In this document: positions 18,490-27,319 of the stretch, one piece after another
Layout of the letters: every line of letters begins with the position of its first letter
Numbering within the stretch: the stretch's first letter is position 1
DNA from: Caldilineaceae bacterium
GTDB taxonomy: Bacteria > Chloroflexota > Anaerolineae > Caldilineales > Caldilineaceae
Assembly (NCBI GenBank): GCA_020845455.1
Contig: JADLFO010000115.1
Coordinates: forward strand, 6,235 to 70,234
Length of the DNA stretch: 64,000 nt
Direction: 5' to 3'
Program-made: the position numbers and the translations under genes
Notes under the pieces: model-generated
What the model saw: only the letters and a program-made list of their open reading frames with translations
What the model was told of the DNA's origin: nothing
The model's database searches: none

Positions 18490-19626
18490 TTATTCCCTGC
18501 GTAACCCGCTGGCGATCAGCTGCCGGTAGGCGGCGATGCGCTGGGCGCGCAGGCTGCGTTTGTAGCCCACCAGCCACTTGGCCCCCTCCAGCGCCAGTTG
18601 CAGGCGATATTCCAGCAGTAGATAGCGGCGCAGCGCCGCGGCCCAGCGCGGCCCAAAGACTTTTTCGGTGTAAAGCAGTTTGCTGCGGTTGAAGTGGAGA
18701 TGGCGGGCGGCGACCACCTGCTCGCTGCTGCGCCCTTCGTGATGCACGACCCACGCCTCCGGCACATAGACCACGCGGTAGCCCGCGGCCTTCAGGCGGC
18801 GGCAGAGGTCTAGCTCCTCGCTGTACATAAAGAAGCGTTCGTCAAACGGCCCGGCGTACCCGGCTTGGCGGATGGCCTCCAGCGCGCTGCGCCGGGCGAG
18901 CATCGCCGCGCCCACCACCCAATCGACATCATGGCGAAAGGCGGTGGGCCAGCCCGCCATATGCAGCCGCCGCGCCCAGGGGTTGCCGGGCCAGGCGCGG
19001 CCCAGCCAAGTGCTTTCAAAAAAGCCGGTCAGCGGTGTAGGAAAGCGGCGGCGGCTGCTCTGCAGGCTGTTGTCGCCATAGCGCAACTGCGGCCCCGCCA
19101 GCCCCACCGTCGCGTCGTCCGCCACGGCGTGATATAGCTCCCACAGGCTGTCGCCGTGGAGCCGGTCCTGCACCAGTTCGGTGTCGGGGTTGAGGAAATA
19201 GATAAAGCGGCCCCGGCCGGCGGCATAGCCCAGGTTGTTGCCGGCGGTAAAGCCCAAGTTGGCCGCGCTGCGGATCACCCGCACCCAGGGGAAGCGCGCC
19301 GCCACCCGATCCGGCGTGGCGTCGTGGCTGGCATTGTCCACGACGATCACTTCCAGTGTGGCGCGCGTGCCATGTTCCTCCGGCCCAAAGACGCGCACAT
19401 CCGGCGGGCCGGGGCGCGGACTGCTGGCCTGTTCGATGCTGTGGAGACAGGCGCGCAGCAGTTCCCAGACATTCCAACTGACGATGATGACCGACAGGTC
19501 GACCGGAGCCGGGTCGAGCAGGGCGGAGGTCTGGGGAGATGGATCAGGGCGCAGCGAGAGGCGCGCCGGCAGCCGCGGGTCAGTAGGTGCGTTGGACGAC
19601 AAAGTCGCACAGCTCCAGCATGGCAA
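18490..19626 (-). CDS. GT2 family glycosyltransferase (rhamnosyl/galactosyl-transferase-like, soluble type)
   Basis: Motifs [48 protein letters not shown] and FLNPDTEL. The annotated start overlaps the upstream gene by 47 nt, so the true start may be an internal alternative codon. Confidence 0.85.
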   Translation of the reverse strand: MPCWSCATLSSNAPTDPRLPARLSLRPDPSPQTSALLDPAPVDLSVIIVSWNVWELLRACLHSIEQASSPRPGPPDVRVFGPEEHGTRATLEVIVVDNASHDATPDRVAARFPWVRVIRSAANLGFTAGNNLGYAAGRGRFIYFLNPDTELVQDRLHGDSLWELYHAVADDATVGLAGPQLRYGDNSLQSSRRRFPTPLTGFFESTWLGRAWPGNPWARRLHMAGWPTAFRHDVDWVVGAAMLARRSALEAIRQAGYAGPFDERFFMYSEELDLCRRLKAAGYRVVYVPEAWVVHHEGRSSEQVVAARHLHFNRSKLLYTEKVFGPRWAAALRRYLLLEYRLQLALEGAKWLVGYKRSLRAQRIAAYRQLIASGLRRE

Positions 19627-20611
19627 AGCGGAAACGCGTGTCGGGCAGCGCGGCCAAATCGGTGCGCGCTTGCGTCAAGAAAGCGGTGGCTTCCTGCCGC
19701 GCCGCGTCGATGGCCGGGCCGGCGCGCACTTGGCGCACCAGGTGCGGCACCAAGTCCTGCCAGGGCTGCTCGTCGCCGGTGTCGGCTTCGGCCACCGCCG
19801 CATCCATCTGCGCCACCAACTGTTCGGGCGCGGGCAGCGACTGCAGGAAGTAGAAGAAGGGCAGCGTCAATGTGCCTTGCGCCAGGTCGCTGCCCGCGGG
19901 TTTGCCCAGCGTGGCCTCGTCGCCGGTGAAATCGAGGATGTCGTCCACGATCTGAAAGGCCATGCCCAGGCTATAGCCAAAGCTGCGCAGATGCTGGATC
20001 TGCGGTTCGGGCAGACCGGCCAGCACGGCGCCCGCTTCGGTGGCGGCGCAAAAGAGGCTGGCCGTCTTGGCATAGATGCGTTGGTAATAGTCGTCCTTGA
20101 CCTGGTGGAAGTTGTGGCGCGCCAGCAGTTGGCGCAGTTCGCCGTTGACAATCGTCTCCAGCGTGTCGCTGAAGATGCGGATCACGCGCATGTTGCCCGT
20201 CTCGGCGGCAAAGAGCGCAGCGCGCGCAAACATAAAATTGCCCGCCAGCACCGTCGCGCCCCGGTTCCAGATGGCGTTGAGCGTGGGCGCGCCGCGGCGC
20301 AGCAGCGCCCCGTCGATCACGTCGTCGTGTACCAAGGTGGCTGTGTGCAGCATCTCCACCGAGGCGGCGAGCGCGATGACGCTGCCGTCGAGCGCCGCCG
20401 CGGGATCGACCCTGCCGGCGTTGGCTGCCATCAGCGCCAGCGCCGGGCGCAGCCGTTTGCCGCCGCTGCCGATCAAGTCCACAAAGGCCACCGCCAGCGG
20501 GGCAAAGAGCGATGTCTCTACGCTTTTCATCTTGGCTTCGACGCGCGCCAGATCGGCCTGCACGGGCTGCAGCACCTTGCCAATATCGATCGCCGCTTTC
20601 ACGCTCATCAC
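19580..20611 (-). CDS. Polyprenyl diphosphate synthase (long-chain trans-prenyltransferase, IspB/HepT-like)
   Basis: First and second Asp-rich motifs [15 protein letters not shown] and [14 protein letters not shown]-type 4-nt overlap with the upstream TatD gene. Confidence 0.9.
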   Translation of the reverse strand: MMSVKAAIDIGKVLQPVQADLARVEAKMKSVETSLFAPLAVAFVDLIGSGGKRLRPALALMAANAGRVDPAAALDGSVIALAASVEMLHTATLVHDDVIDGALLRRGAPTLNAIWNRGATVLAGNFMFARAALFAAETGNMRVIRIFSDTLETIVNGELRQLLARHNFHQVKDDYYQRIYAKTASLFCAATEAGAVLAGLPEPQIQHLRSFGYSLGMAFQIVDDILDFTGDEATLGKPAGSDLAQGTLTLPFFYFLQSLPAPEQLVAQMDAAVAEADTGDEQPWQDLVPHLVRQVRAGPAIDAARQEATAFLTQARTDLAALPDTRFRFAMLELCDFVVQRTY

Positions 20612-21498
20612 CCGCTCGCCTGCCCTCTCCCCAGCGCCGTCTGCTGCTCGACCGGCGCGATCGTCAAGCCAAAAAAGCGCCCGGCCAGCGCGCTGGTTGT
20701 CTGGGCAATCGTCTGCGGCGTCATTCCGGTAAGCTGCGCCATCTGCGCGCAGACCAACGCCACATAGGCCGGTTCGTTGCGTTTGCCCCGGTGGGGGTGC
20801 GGCGTCAGATAGGGCGCATCGGTCTCCAGCATCAGCCGGTCGAGCCGCAGATGCGGGGCCAGCGCGTGCAGCGTCCGGGCGTTCTTATAAGTCACCGGCC
20901 CGCCCAGGCTGATCACAAAGTTCCAATCATAGGCGGTTTGGGCCAGCGCCAGATCGCCGCTGAAGGCATGGAGCACGCCGGCAAAGGGGCGCGCCGCCAG
21001 TGGCGACTCGGCAAAGGCTGCGCTCTTCACCCATGCTGCCAAGACCGCGGCCATGTCGTCGTTGGCGTCGCGGCTGTGGATGATCACGGGCAAACCCAAC
21101 TCGGCGGCCAAGGCCAACTGCGCTTCAAACGCAGCCCACTGCTGGGCGCGCGGGACCTTGTCCCAGTAGTAGTCCAGCCCGATCTCGCCGTAGGCCACCA
21201 CTTTGGGGCTGCGCGCCAGCTGCGTCAACGCTGCCGCGGCGTGGGGCGTCCAGCCGTCGCTGCTGTTGGGGTGGATGCCCAGCGCGACATAGAGGTCCGG
21301 CTGGGCCGCGCCCGGCTGCGACTCGGCCAGCGCCACGGCGCGGCTACACTGAGCCAGGTCGATCCCCGGCACGACGATGGCCCGCACGCCCGCGGCATGC
21401 GCCCGCGCCAAGACCTCGGCCCGGTCTTCGTCGAACGGGGCAAGGTCGAGGTGACAGTGGCTATCTACCAGCGGGGCCATGCCGCGCGAACTGGACAT
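20608..21498 (-). CDS. TatD-family metal-dependent hydrolase
   Basis: N-terminal [29 protein letters not shown], and later ..IIHSRDA.. and ..[22 protein letters not shown].. Confidence 0.9.
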   Translation of the reverse strand: MSSSRGMAPLVDSHCHLDLAPFDEDRAEVLARAHAAGVRAIVVPGIDLAQCSRAVALAESQPGAAQPDLYVALGIHPNSSDGWTPHAAAALTQLARSPKVVAYGEIGLDYYWDKVPRAQQWAAFEAQLALAAELGLPVIIHSRDANDDMAAVLAAWVKSAAFAESPLAARPFAGVLHAFSGDLALAQTAYDWNFVISLGGPVTYKNARTLHALAPHLRLDRLMLETDAPYLTPHPHRGKRNEPAYVALVCAQMAQLTGMTPQTIAQTTSALAGRFFGLTIAPVEQQTALGRGQASG

Positions 21499-21632
21499 TT
21501 CCTGTGCAATCCCTCATCAAAAACGCGCCAAAGATTATGCCAAAAGCGTTTGTTCATTTTATCACAGAAGCCGCTGCGTCTAAAGTAGATCGGCTTGCAG
21601 ATAGGGGGTAGGCAGTAGCCCACCCCCCGCGA

Positions 21633-23078
21633 TTACAGCCCAGCCAGCTTCAGCCCGTCGGCTAGGATATCGGGGACGGCGGCACGGTCGGTCGTCTCGG
21701 TGTAGACGCGGATCAGCGGCTCGGTGCCGGAGAAGCGCACCAGCAGCCAGCCGCCGTCGTCCATGACAAACTTATAGCCGTCAAGCGTCACCTTGTCGAC
21801 CACGCGATGGCCGCCGAGCGTCAGCCCATCTACCTGGGCAGCGTCGAGCCTGGCCTTGGCCGCGGCCTTGACGGCGTTGTCGGTGACGCGTGTGTCGATG
21901 CGGTCATAGTAGTGCGCGCCCACCGTGTCAAACAGCAGGTCGAGCAACTGGGTCGGCGTCTTCTCCGTACGCACCATAAAGTCGAGCAGATAGAGGTTCG
22001 CCAGGATGCCGTCGCGCTCCGGCACATGGCGGCGGAAGGCATAGCCGCCGCTCTCCTCGCCGCCGATCATGGCGTCGTGTTTGATCATCGCCGGGGCCAC
22101 ATATTTGAACCCCACGCCCGTGTTGACCACCGGCACGCCATAGCGCCGGCCCAGTTTGTCTAGCATCGAGGTTGTGCTGATCGTCTTGACGATCGGGCCG
22201 CGCCAGCCGCGGATCTCCAGCATGTAATAGGCCAGCAGCCCAAAGACGCGCAGTTGGTCGATAAACTCGCCGTGCTCGTCGCCAAAGCCGCAGCGGTCGG
22301 CGTCACCGTCCATGATGCAGACGCAGTCGGCCCCGATTTGGCGGCCTGCGGCCAGCCCCGCATCCACATTGGGCGGGATCGGTTCGGGCCGTTTCATCTC
22401 CGGATAGATGGGGTTGCGCTCGGCGTGGACCTCGATGATCTCGGTTTTGCCGCCGCCCAGGATTTCGCTGAGCCAGCCCGCGCCGTTGCCCCACATGGCA
22501 TCCACCACGATCTTCAGCCCAGCATCCTTGATCGGCTGCACGTCGATCAGGTCGGCCAGGTGCGCCAGATAGGCGGGCTTGGGGTCAAAGACCTCGACCC
22601 GGCCTTCGGTCACGGCCTGGGCCAGCGGCATACGGAGGACGGCGGCGATCTCCTGCGCCGGGGGGATGTGGGCTTCGATGCGGCTGAGGCCGGTTGGGTC
22701 CACGGCGCCGCCGTGGACATCGCGCACCTTAAAGCCGCAGTCCTCCGGCGGGTTGTGGCTGGCCGTGATGTTGACCGCACCCAGCGCGCCCTTGACGGGT
22801 ACGCTGTAGGAGATGACCGGCGTCGGCGTCGCCGTCTGTGTCAGAAAGACCTTCAAGCCATTTGCGGCCAACACTTCGGCGGCGGCGGCGGCGAAATGTT
22901 CCGCCGAAAAGCGTTTGTCATAGCCTACGACCACGCTGCCGGGCTGCCCGCCCGCGGGCGCGCCGTTCTGCGTCAAATAGGCGGCGAAGGCTTGCGCGGC
23001 CCGGCGCACATTGGCATAGGTGTAGTCGTCGGCAATGCGCCCGCGCCAGCCGTCGGTGCCGAATTTGATGTCACTCAT
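21633..23078 (-). CDS. Phosphoglucomutase/phosphomannomutase family protein
   Basis: Active-site loop [16 protein letters not shown], metal loop MDGDADRCG, sugar loop GGEESGG. Confidence 0.9.
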   Translation of the reverse strand: MSDIKFGTDGWRGRIADDYTYANVRRAAQAFAAYLTQNGAPAGGQPGSVVVGYDKRFSAEHFAAAAAEVLAANGLKVFLTQTATPTPVISYSVPVKGALGAVNITASHNPPEDCGFKVRDVHGGAVDPTGLSRIEAHIPPAQEIAAVLRMPLAQAVTEGRVEVFDPKPAYLAHLADLIDVQPIKDAGLKIVVDAMWGNGAGWLSEILGGGKTEIIEVHAERNPIYPEMKRPEPIPPNVDAGLAAGRQIGADCVCIMDGDADRCGFGDEHGEFIDQLRVFGLLAYYMLEIRGWRGPIVKTISTTSMLDKLGRRYGVPVVNTGVGFKYVAPAMIKHDAMIGGEESGGYAFRRHVPERDGILANLYLLDFMVRTEKTPTQLLDLLFDTVGAHYYDRIDTRVTDNAVKAAAKARLDAAQVDGLTLGGHRVVDKVTLDGYKFVMDDGGWLLVRFSGTEPLIRVYTETTDRAAVPDILADGLKLAGL

Positions 23079-23201
23079 AAACCCTCCTCAGGCGTGGGGT
23101 GGCAAGGGATGCTGTGCGGCTGGATTGCAGACCAGTATAGCAGCGCTGCAAGGGGATTGCGAAACGGCATAGGGTTTTTGCTGGGATCGCAGGCCGCGCC
23201 T

Positions 23202-24248
23202 CTACCATGCGGCCAAAAGGCTTTGGGCTGCGCTGTAGGGGTCGGTGCGCCGTGTGTGTACCGCTTCGACCAGCCGGTCGAGGCTGCCGGCAGGGAAGCG
23301 CGCCAACAGCCTCCGGTTCAACTCGGCATGCAGGATGTTTTCCAGCGTGCGCGCCACGCGCAACTGCTCGCGCACGGCCAACTCGCCGGATGCCTCCAGC
23401 CAGGCGCGATGCGCTACAATGCGCTCGCCCAGCGCGGCAACGCCTGTGCCGTCGGCGGCGATGGTCTTGAGCACCGTGACGCGCCAGTCGTCTGCTGTTT
23501 GGGCTGCGGCCTGCGCCGGGGGCGATTCGACACGCATCAACTGGCCGTGATGGCGCACCAGACGGCTGCCGCCATGCTCCCATTCGAGCATCATCTCCAG
23601 CGCCTTCACGGTCTTGTCCACACCGGGCCGGTCGGCCTTGTTGACGACGAGGATATCGGCAATTTCGAGGATGCCCGCTTTGATCGCCTGCACCTCATCG
23701 CCTAGGCCGGGCGCTTCGACGACCAGCGTCGTATGCGCCGTGCTCGCGATCTCGACCTCGGCCTGGCCTACGCCGACGGTCTCGACCAGAATGCGCTGAT
23801 AGCCTGCTGCGTCCAGCAGCGTGACCACATCGCCCGTGGTCTTGCTCAGCCCGCCCAGGCTGCCACGCGTCGCCATGCTGCGGATAAAGACCCCAGCGTC
23901 GCCGCTGAGTCCGCGCATACGCACGCGGTCGCCCAAGATCGCGCCGCCCGTAAAGGGGCTGGTGGGGTCGATGGCGACGATTGCCACCGTCTCACCGCGG
24001 CTGCGAAAGGTCTGCGCCAAGGCGGTGACCAAAGTGGATTTGCCGGTTCCGGGCGCGCCGGTGATGCCGATGATATGGCCGCGCCCGCTGTGCGTGTAAA
24101 GCTGCGCCAGCAGGGTGTGGGCGTCGGACTGTTCGTTCTCCACCTGGGTGATGGCGCGCGCCAGCAGCAGCCGGTCGCCCGCCAGCACCCCTGCGGCCAA
24201 CGCCGCCTGCGACACGGCGCGCCGGCGCATTTGTGTCGGCCCGCCCAT
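23202..24248 (-). CDS. meaB: Methylmalonyl-CoA mutase-associated G-protein chaperone (MeaB/ArgK)
   Basis: P-loop GITGAPGTGKSTL, GGAILGDRVRM, VVNKADR. It starts immediately after the stop of the B12-subunit gene. Confidence 0.9.
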   Translation of the reverse strand: MGGPTQMRRRAVSQAALAAGVLAGDRLLLARAITQVENEQSDAHTLLAQLYTHSGRGHIIGITGAPGTGKSTLVTALAQTFRSRGETVAIVAIDPTSPFTGGAILGDRVRMRGLSGDAGVFIRSMATRGSLGGLSKTTGDVVTLLDAAGYQRILVETVGVGQAEVEIASTAHTTLVVEAPGLGDEVQAIKAGILEIADILVVNKADRPGVDKTVKALEMMLEWEHGGSRLVRHHGQLMRVESPPAQAAAQTADDWRVTVLKTIAADGTGVAALGERIVAHRAWLEASGELAVREQLRVARTLENILHAELNRRLLARFPAGSLDRLVEAVHTRRTDPYSAAQSLLAAW

Positions 24249-24695
24249 CTAGTGGTCCATCGGGTGGGGATGCGCCTGGGCCACGGCCTGGCGGATATAA
24301 CCGGCGATCTCCTGGGTGGAGGCGCCCGGCCCAAAGACGGCGCGGATGCCCGCCGCCTGCAGCGCGGGGATATCCTCGTCGGGTACGATCCCGCCGACCA
24401 CCACGACGACCTGTCCTTGGCCCTGGGCGCGCAGCAGTTCCACCACCTTAGGGCAGAGCGTCAGGTGTGCGCCGCTGAGGATACTCATCCCCACCACGTC
24501 GACATCTTCTTGCAGGGCGGCCTCGGCGATCATCTGTGGCGTCTGGCGGATGCCGGTGTAGATCACCTCAAACCCGGCATCGCGCAGGGCGCGCGCCACC
24601 ACCTTGGCGCCGCGGTCGTGGCCGTCTAGCCCCGGCTTTGCCACCAGGACCCGGATTTTCATCTCATCGCGCCGGCTGTCAATTGGGTTGTCCAT
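24249..24695 (-). CDS. Methylmalonyl-CoA mutase-type small subunit (cobalamin-binding domain)
   Basis: [36 protein letters not shown] (DxHxxG B12 motif) ...[14 protein letters not shown]...VVVGGIVP. Confidence 0.9.
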   Translation of the reverse strand: MDNPIDSRRDEMKIRVLVAKPGLDGHDRGAKVVARALRDAGFEVIYTGIRQTPQMIAEAALQEDVDVVGMSILSGAHLTLCPKVVELLRAQGQGQVVVVVGGIVPDEDIPALQAAGIRAVFGPGASTQEIAGYIRQAVAQAHPHPMDH

Positions 24696-24751
24696 AAGTC
24701 ACTCTCGCAAAAAATACGCTTGTAAAAACACGCTTCGTAAACAGATTATCT

Positions 24752-24780
24752 TTGACAGGAAGCGGGGCGGCTCGTATACT
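24752..24780 (+). promoter_or_regulatory. Near-consensus sigma70-type promoter pointing into the 960-bp gap
   Basis: TTGACA (24752-24757), a 17-nt spacer, then TATACT (24775-24780). Confidence 0.5.
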
Positions 24781-24832
24781 GCTCTAGCCGGCGACTGTGC
24801 CGGCGGATGTCCCTGTGTGGATGTTCATCTGT

Positions 24833-24879
24833 GCTCGTATCGTGATCGGCTCGTATCGTGATCATATCGCGATCGTACC
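24833..24879. repeat. Three tandem ~16-nt repeats (GCTCGTATCGTGATC x2, then a TATCGCGATCGTACC variant)
   Basis: Read directly. They lie between the candidate promoter and the small-ORF RBS, and share the TATCGTG core with the REP-like palindromes at 27238, 49193 and 55717. Confidence 0.7.
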
Positions 24880-24897
24880 AACCAGCGAGGAAACCCC

Positions 24898-25065
24898 ATG
24901 CAGCATCTAGCTCTTGCGCCGGCAGCGCTCTCTGAAGCTCTGTCGCGCGCTGTGCCTCTGCCCCGTCTAACCTCCCACCGTGCTGCCCTCTGCCTGACCC
25001 CTGCCTGTCCTCCTGCCGGTTGTTGTACCTGTTTCTGTACCTGCCCCTGTACGAAGGCCCGTTAA
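24898..25065 (+). CDS. Candidate small ORF (55 aa) encoding a Cys-rich peptide: MQHLALAPAALSEALSRAVPLPRLTSHRAALCLTPACPPAGCCTCFCTCPCTKAR
   Basis: ATG 24898 lies 6 nt after GAGGA (24887-24891) and ~118 nt downstream of the TTGACA/TATACT promoter. Stop TAA at 25063-25065. It is below the 60-aa cut-off of the ORF track. The Cys cluster coincides with an in-frame 12-nt periodicity (TGTACC at 25024 and 25036, TGTACG at 25048). Confidence 0.35.
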   Translation: MQHLALAPAALSEALSRAVPLPRLTSHRAALCLTPACPPAGCCTCFCTCPCTKAR

Positions 25066-25356
25066 CTCAACCTGCTGCGCGCCGGTCATCAACCCCCGGC
25101 AATCGGTCCCCACACGGGGCCGCAGGGCTGCCGACCGTGAGGCCGGCTGTGCGGGTCTTGCATCTCTACGCCGATATCTGCATGGAAGTCTAACATGCTT
25201 TGCGCGGCGATGCATCCTGCGCCGTAGGCTGCATCTGTTTGCCGAACCGGTTTTGTCGAGCCGGTCTAGCCAAACCGGCATTGCCAAACATGTTGAGTGA
25301 ATGGGCCGGCGCCGCGCCGCCTGTGCCGCAGCTCTGCTTGCGCCGTTGCAAGATGT

Positions 25357-25385
25357 TTGTTGGAGTGCGCGTCTTTGGTTAGAAT
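25357..25385 (+). promoter_or_regulatory. Candidate promoter for the 25658 ABC operon
   Basis: TTGTTG (25357-25362), a 17-nt spacer, then TAGAAT (25380-25385). It would give a ~265-nt leader. Confidence 0.3.
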
Positions 25386-25657
25386 AGAGCACGCCATCAG
25401 AACTGTCATCCGAACCAGCGGGAACAAGCCATCGCAAAGACGCGTGTGCGGACAGGGCATCGACCGGCCCCCGCCGGTCGCCTTAGCGTTTTGAGATCGG
25501 CCTGCCCCGCGACCTATCCCCCGGCCATGAGATCCGTGCGGCGGGCATCGCCCTGCCCAGGCCCAAGTGTAAAAAAGCCAACTTGCGAAGATACCCCGCA
25601 GAGGCTCATATAGAAGTCCGGTACTGTCACTCAGAAACTGTCTACGAGGAGAATGGT

Positions 25658-27226
25658 ATGCAAAAACGCACGACGTTGACGACACTGTTGCTGCTGGCTG
25701 TACTGCTGTTGGCGGCCTGCGCCCCCACGGCCCAGCCCGCCGCGCCCGCCGCAGGCGAAGCCGCCGCCCCCGCCGGCCCCAAGACGGGGGGCACGCTCAC
25801 GCTGTCGCTGGGTGAGGATTTCGTGACGTTTCATCCCTATTTTGACGTGACCAACGCCCAGATCAAACCGACCTTTTTCGAAGCGCCGATCCGCATCAGC
25901 GATGCCGGCGACTTTGAACCGTGGCTGGCCGAATCTTGGGAAGAAGGCGAAGATGGGCTGTCGGTCACGCTCCATCTGCGCCAGGGGATCAAATTTCATA
26001 ACGGGCGCGAACTGACCGCCGACGACGTGATCTGGTCGGTCGACTATGCGCGCAACGCCGAGTTGGGCCATCATCTCAGCGACCGCTTTCAGACCTGCAC
26101 CGGCGCCGAGAAGATCGACGACTACACGGTCAAGATCAACTACAGCGAGCACACGGCTTCGCAGCTAGACGGCATTGCGCGCCTCTATATCTTTCCGCAG
26201 GAAGCCGCCGAGACGATTGACACCGTGCCCGTGGGCACGGGGCCTTTCAAGTTTGTCGAATGGATCCCCGGCGACAGCATGACCGCCGAACGCTTTGAGG
26301 ACTACTGGCGTGAGGGGCTGCCCTATCTCGACAAGATCATCGTCAAGCCGATCCCCGACGAGCAGGCGCGTTTAGTGAATCTGGAATCCGGCAGCATCGA
26401 CGTCTTGGTGGGTGTTCCGCTGAGCGAAAAGGCGGGGCTGGCCCAGGAAGAGGGGATGGTTGTCGGCGAAGTGCCGCCAGGCTTTACCTTCTATGCCTTT
26501 ATCATGAATGTCAATGCGCCGCCCTTTGACGACGTCAAGGTGCGCCAGGCCTTTCAATATGCGATCAACCGCGAGGAGATCTCCCAGACCGCATTCCACG
26601 GCCAGGCCACGCCGCTCTTGGTCCCCTATCCTAAGACCTCCTGGGCCTATGCGCCGGACTTGGAAGATTATTACACCTATGACCCGGAAAAGGCCAAGGC
26701 GCTGCTGGCCGAGGCCGGTTATCCGGACGGCTTCTCGGTGCAGATGTTGATCCGCGGCACGGGCGGCCCGCACCTGGACCAGGCTCAGGTCTTCCAGCAG
26801 CAGTTGGCGGCCATTGGCGTGCAGGTGGAACTGTTGCCCACCGAGCTGCCACAATATTGGCCGCTGCTTTTTGAGAGCAAATTCGCGATCGTCTCGCACG
26901 CCACCGGCGACGCCACGGTTGACCCCAGCGGCCTGTTCGAAGGCGCGGCCTGCTGCCGGCCCTTCCGCAACTTCTTCGGCATCACCGAAAACCAGGACGA
27001 CTGGTTCCCGGAATATGAGCAGGTGATCCTGCAGGCGCGCGAGGAAAACGACCAGGCGGCGCGCAAGGAACACTATCACCGCGCGCTGGAAATCCTGCTG
27101 GAGCAGGCGTGGACTATCCCCACCGTGTGGGATCAGACCGTCCACGCCTATAAAAGCGACGTCAAGGACTTCCGCGTCGATATGGACGGGCTGCTCTGGA
27201 TGGGCGAGACCTGGCTGGATCGGTAG
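25658..27226 (+). CDS. ABC transporter substrate-binding lipoprotein, family 5 (Dpp/Opp/Nik-like)
   Basis: ATG 25658 after GAGGAG (25645-25650). Lipobox MQKRTTLTTLLLLAVLLLAAC. LAESWEEGEDGLSVTLHLRQGIKFHNGRELTADDV, GTGPFKFVEW, VKVRQAFQYAINREEI, YDPEKAKALLAEAGYPDG. Confidence 0.9.
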   Translation: MQKRTTLTTLLLLAVLLLAACAPTAQPAAPAAGEAAAPAGPKTGGTLTLSLGEDFVTFHPYFDVTNAQIKPTFFEAPIRISDAGDFEPWLAESWEEGEDGLSVTLHLRQGIKFHNGRELTADDVIWSVDYARNAELGHHLSDRFQTCTGAEKIDDYTVKINYSEHTASQLDGIARLYIFPQEAAETIDTVPVGTGPFKFVEWIPGDSMTAERFEDYWREGLPYLDKIIVKPIPDEQARLVNLESGSIDVLVGVPLSEKAGLAQEEGMVVGEVPPGFTFYAFIMNVNAPPFDDVKVRQAFQYAINREEISQTAFHGQATPLLVPYPKTSWAYAPDLEDYYTYDPEKAKALLAEAGYPDGFSVQMLIRGTGGPHLDQAQVFQQQLAAIGVQVELLPTELPQYWPLLFESKFAIVSHATGDATVDPSGLFEGAACCRPFRNFFGITENQDDWFPEYEQVILQAREENDQAARKEHYHRALEILLEQAWTIPTVWDQTVHAYKSDVKDFRVDMDGLLWMGETWLDR

Positions 27227-27233
27227 GCAGAGG

Positions 27234-27283
27234 TCCCGTACGGACACGAACTATCGTGTCCGTACGGGATATCGTGTCCGTAC
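27234..27283. repeat. REP-like palindrome (copy 1): GTACGGACACGA-ACTA-TCGTGTCCGTAC plus a second copy of the right arm
   Basis: The stem extends to ~16 bp (27234-27269). The extra right arm TCGTGTCCGTAC is at 27272-27283. It starts 8 nt after the SBP stop. Confidence 0.8.
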
Positions 27284-27319
27284 GACCCGCTGCCCACTTG
27301 GATAAGGAGCGTTGAGCCT

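Noticed and set aside
25583-25657. N-terminal extensions of the track ORFs for several genes (25583, 28230, 29033, 38341, 40562, 44844, 51726, 55735, 57750)
   Set aside because: In each case an internal start preceded by a Shine-Dalgarno-like GGAG motif immediately precedes the signal peptide, the lipobox or the conserved N-terminus. The extensions cross hairpins or the upstream gene.
24696-25657. Cobalamin riboswitch next to the B12-binding mutase subunit
   Set aside because: I found no B12-box-like GCCACTG core or the usual flanking conserved stretches on either strand by eye. B12-dependent mutase genes are also not typical riboswitch targets. An Infernal scan is needed to be certain.
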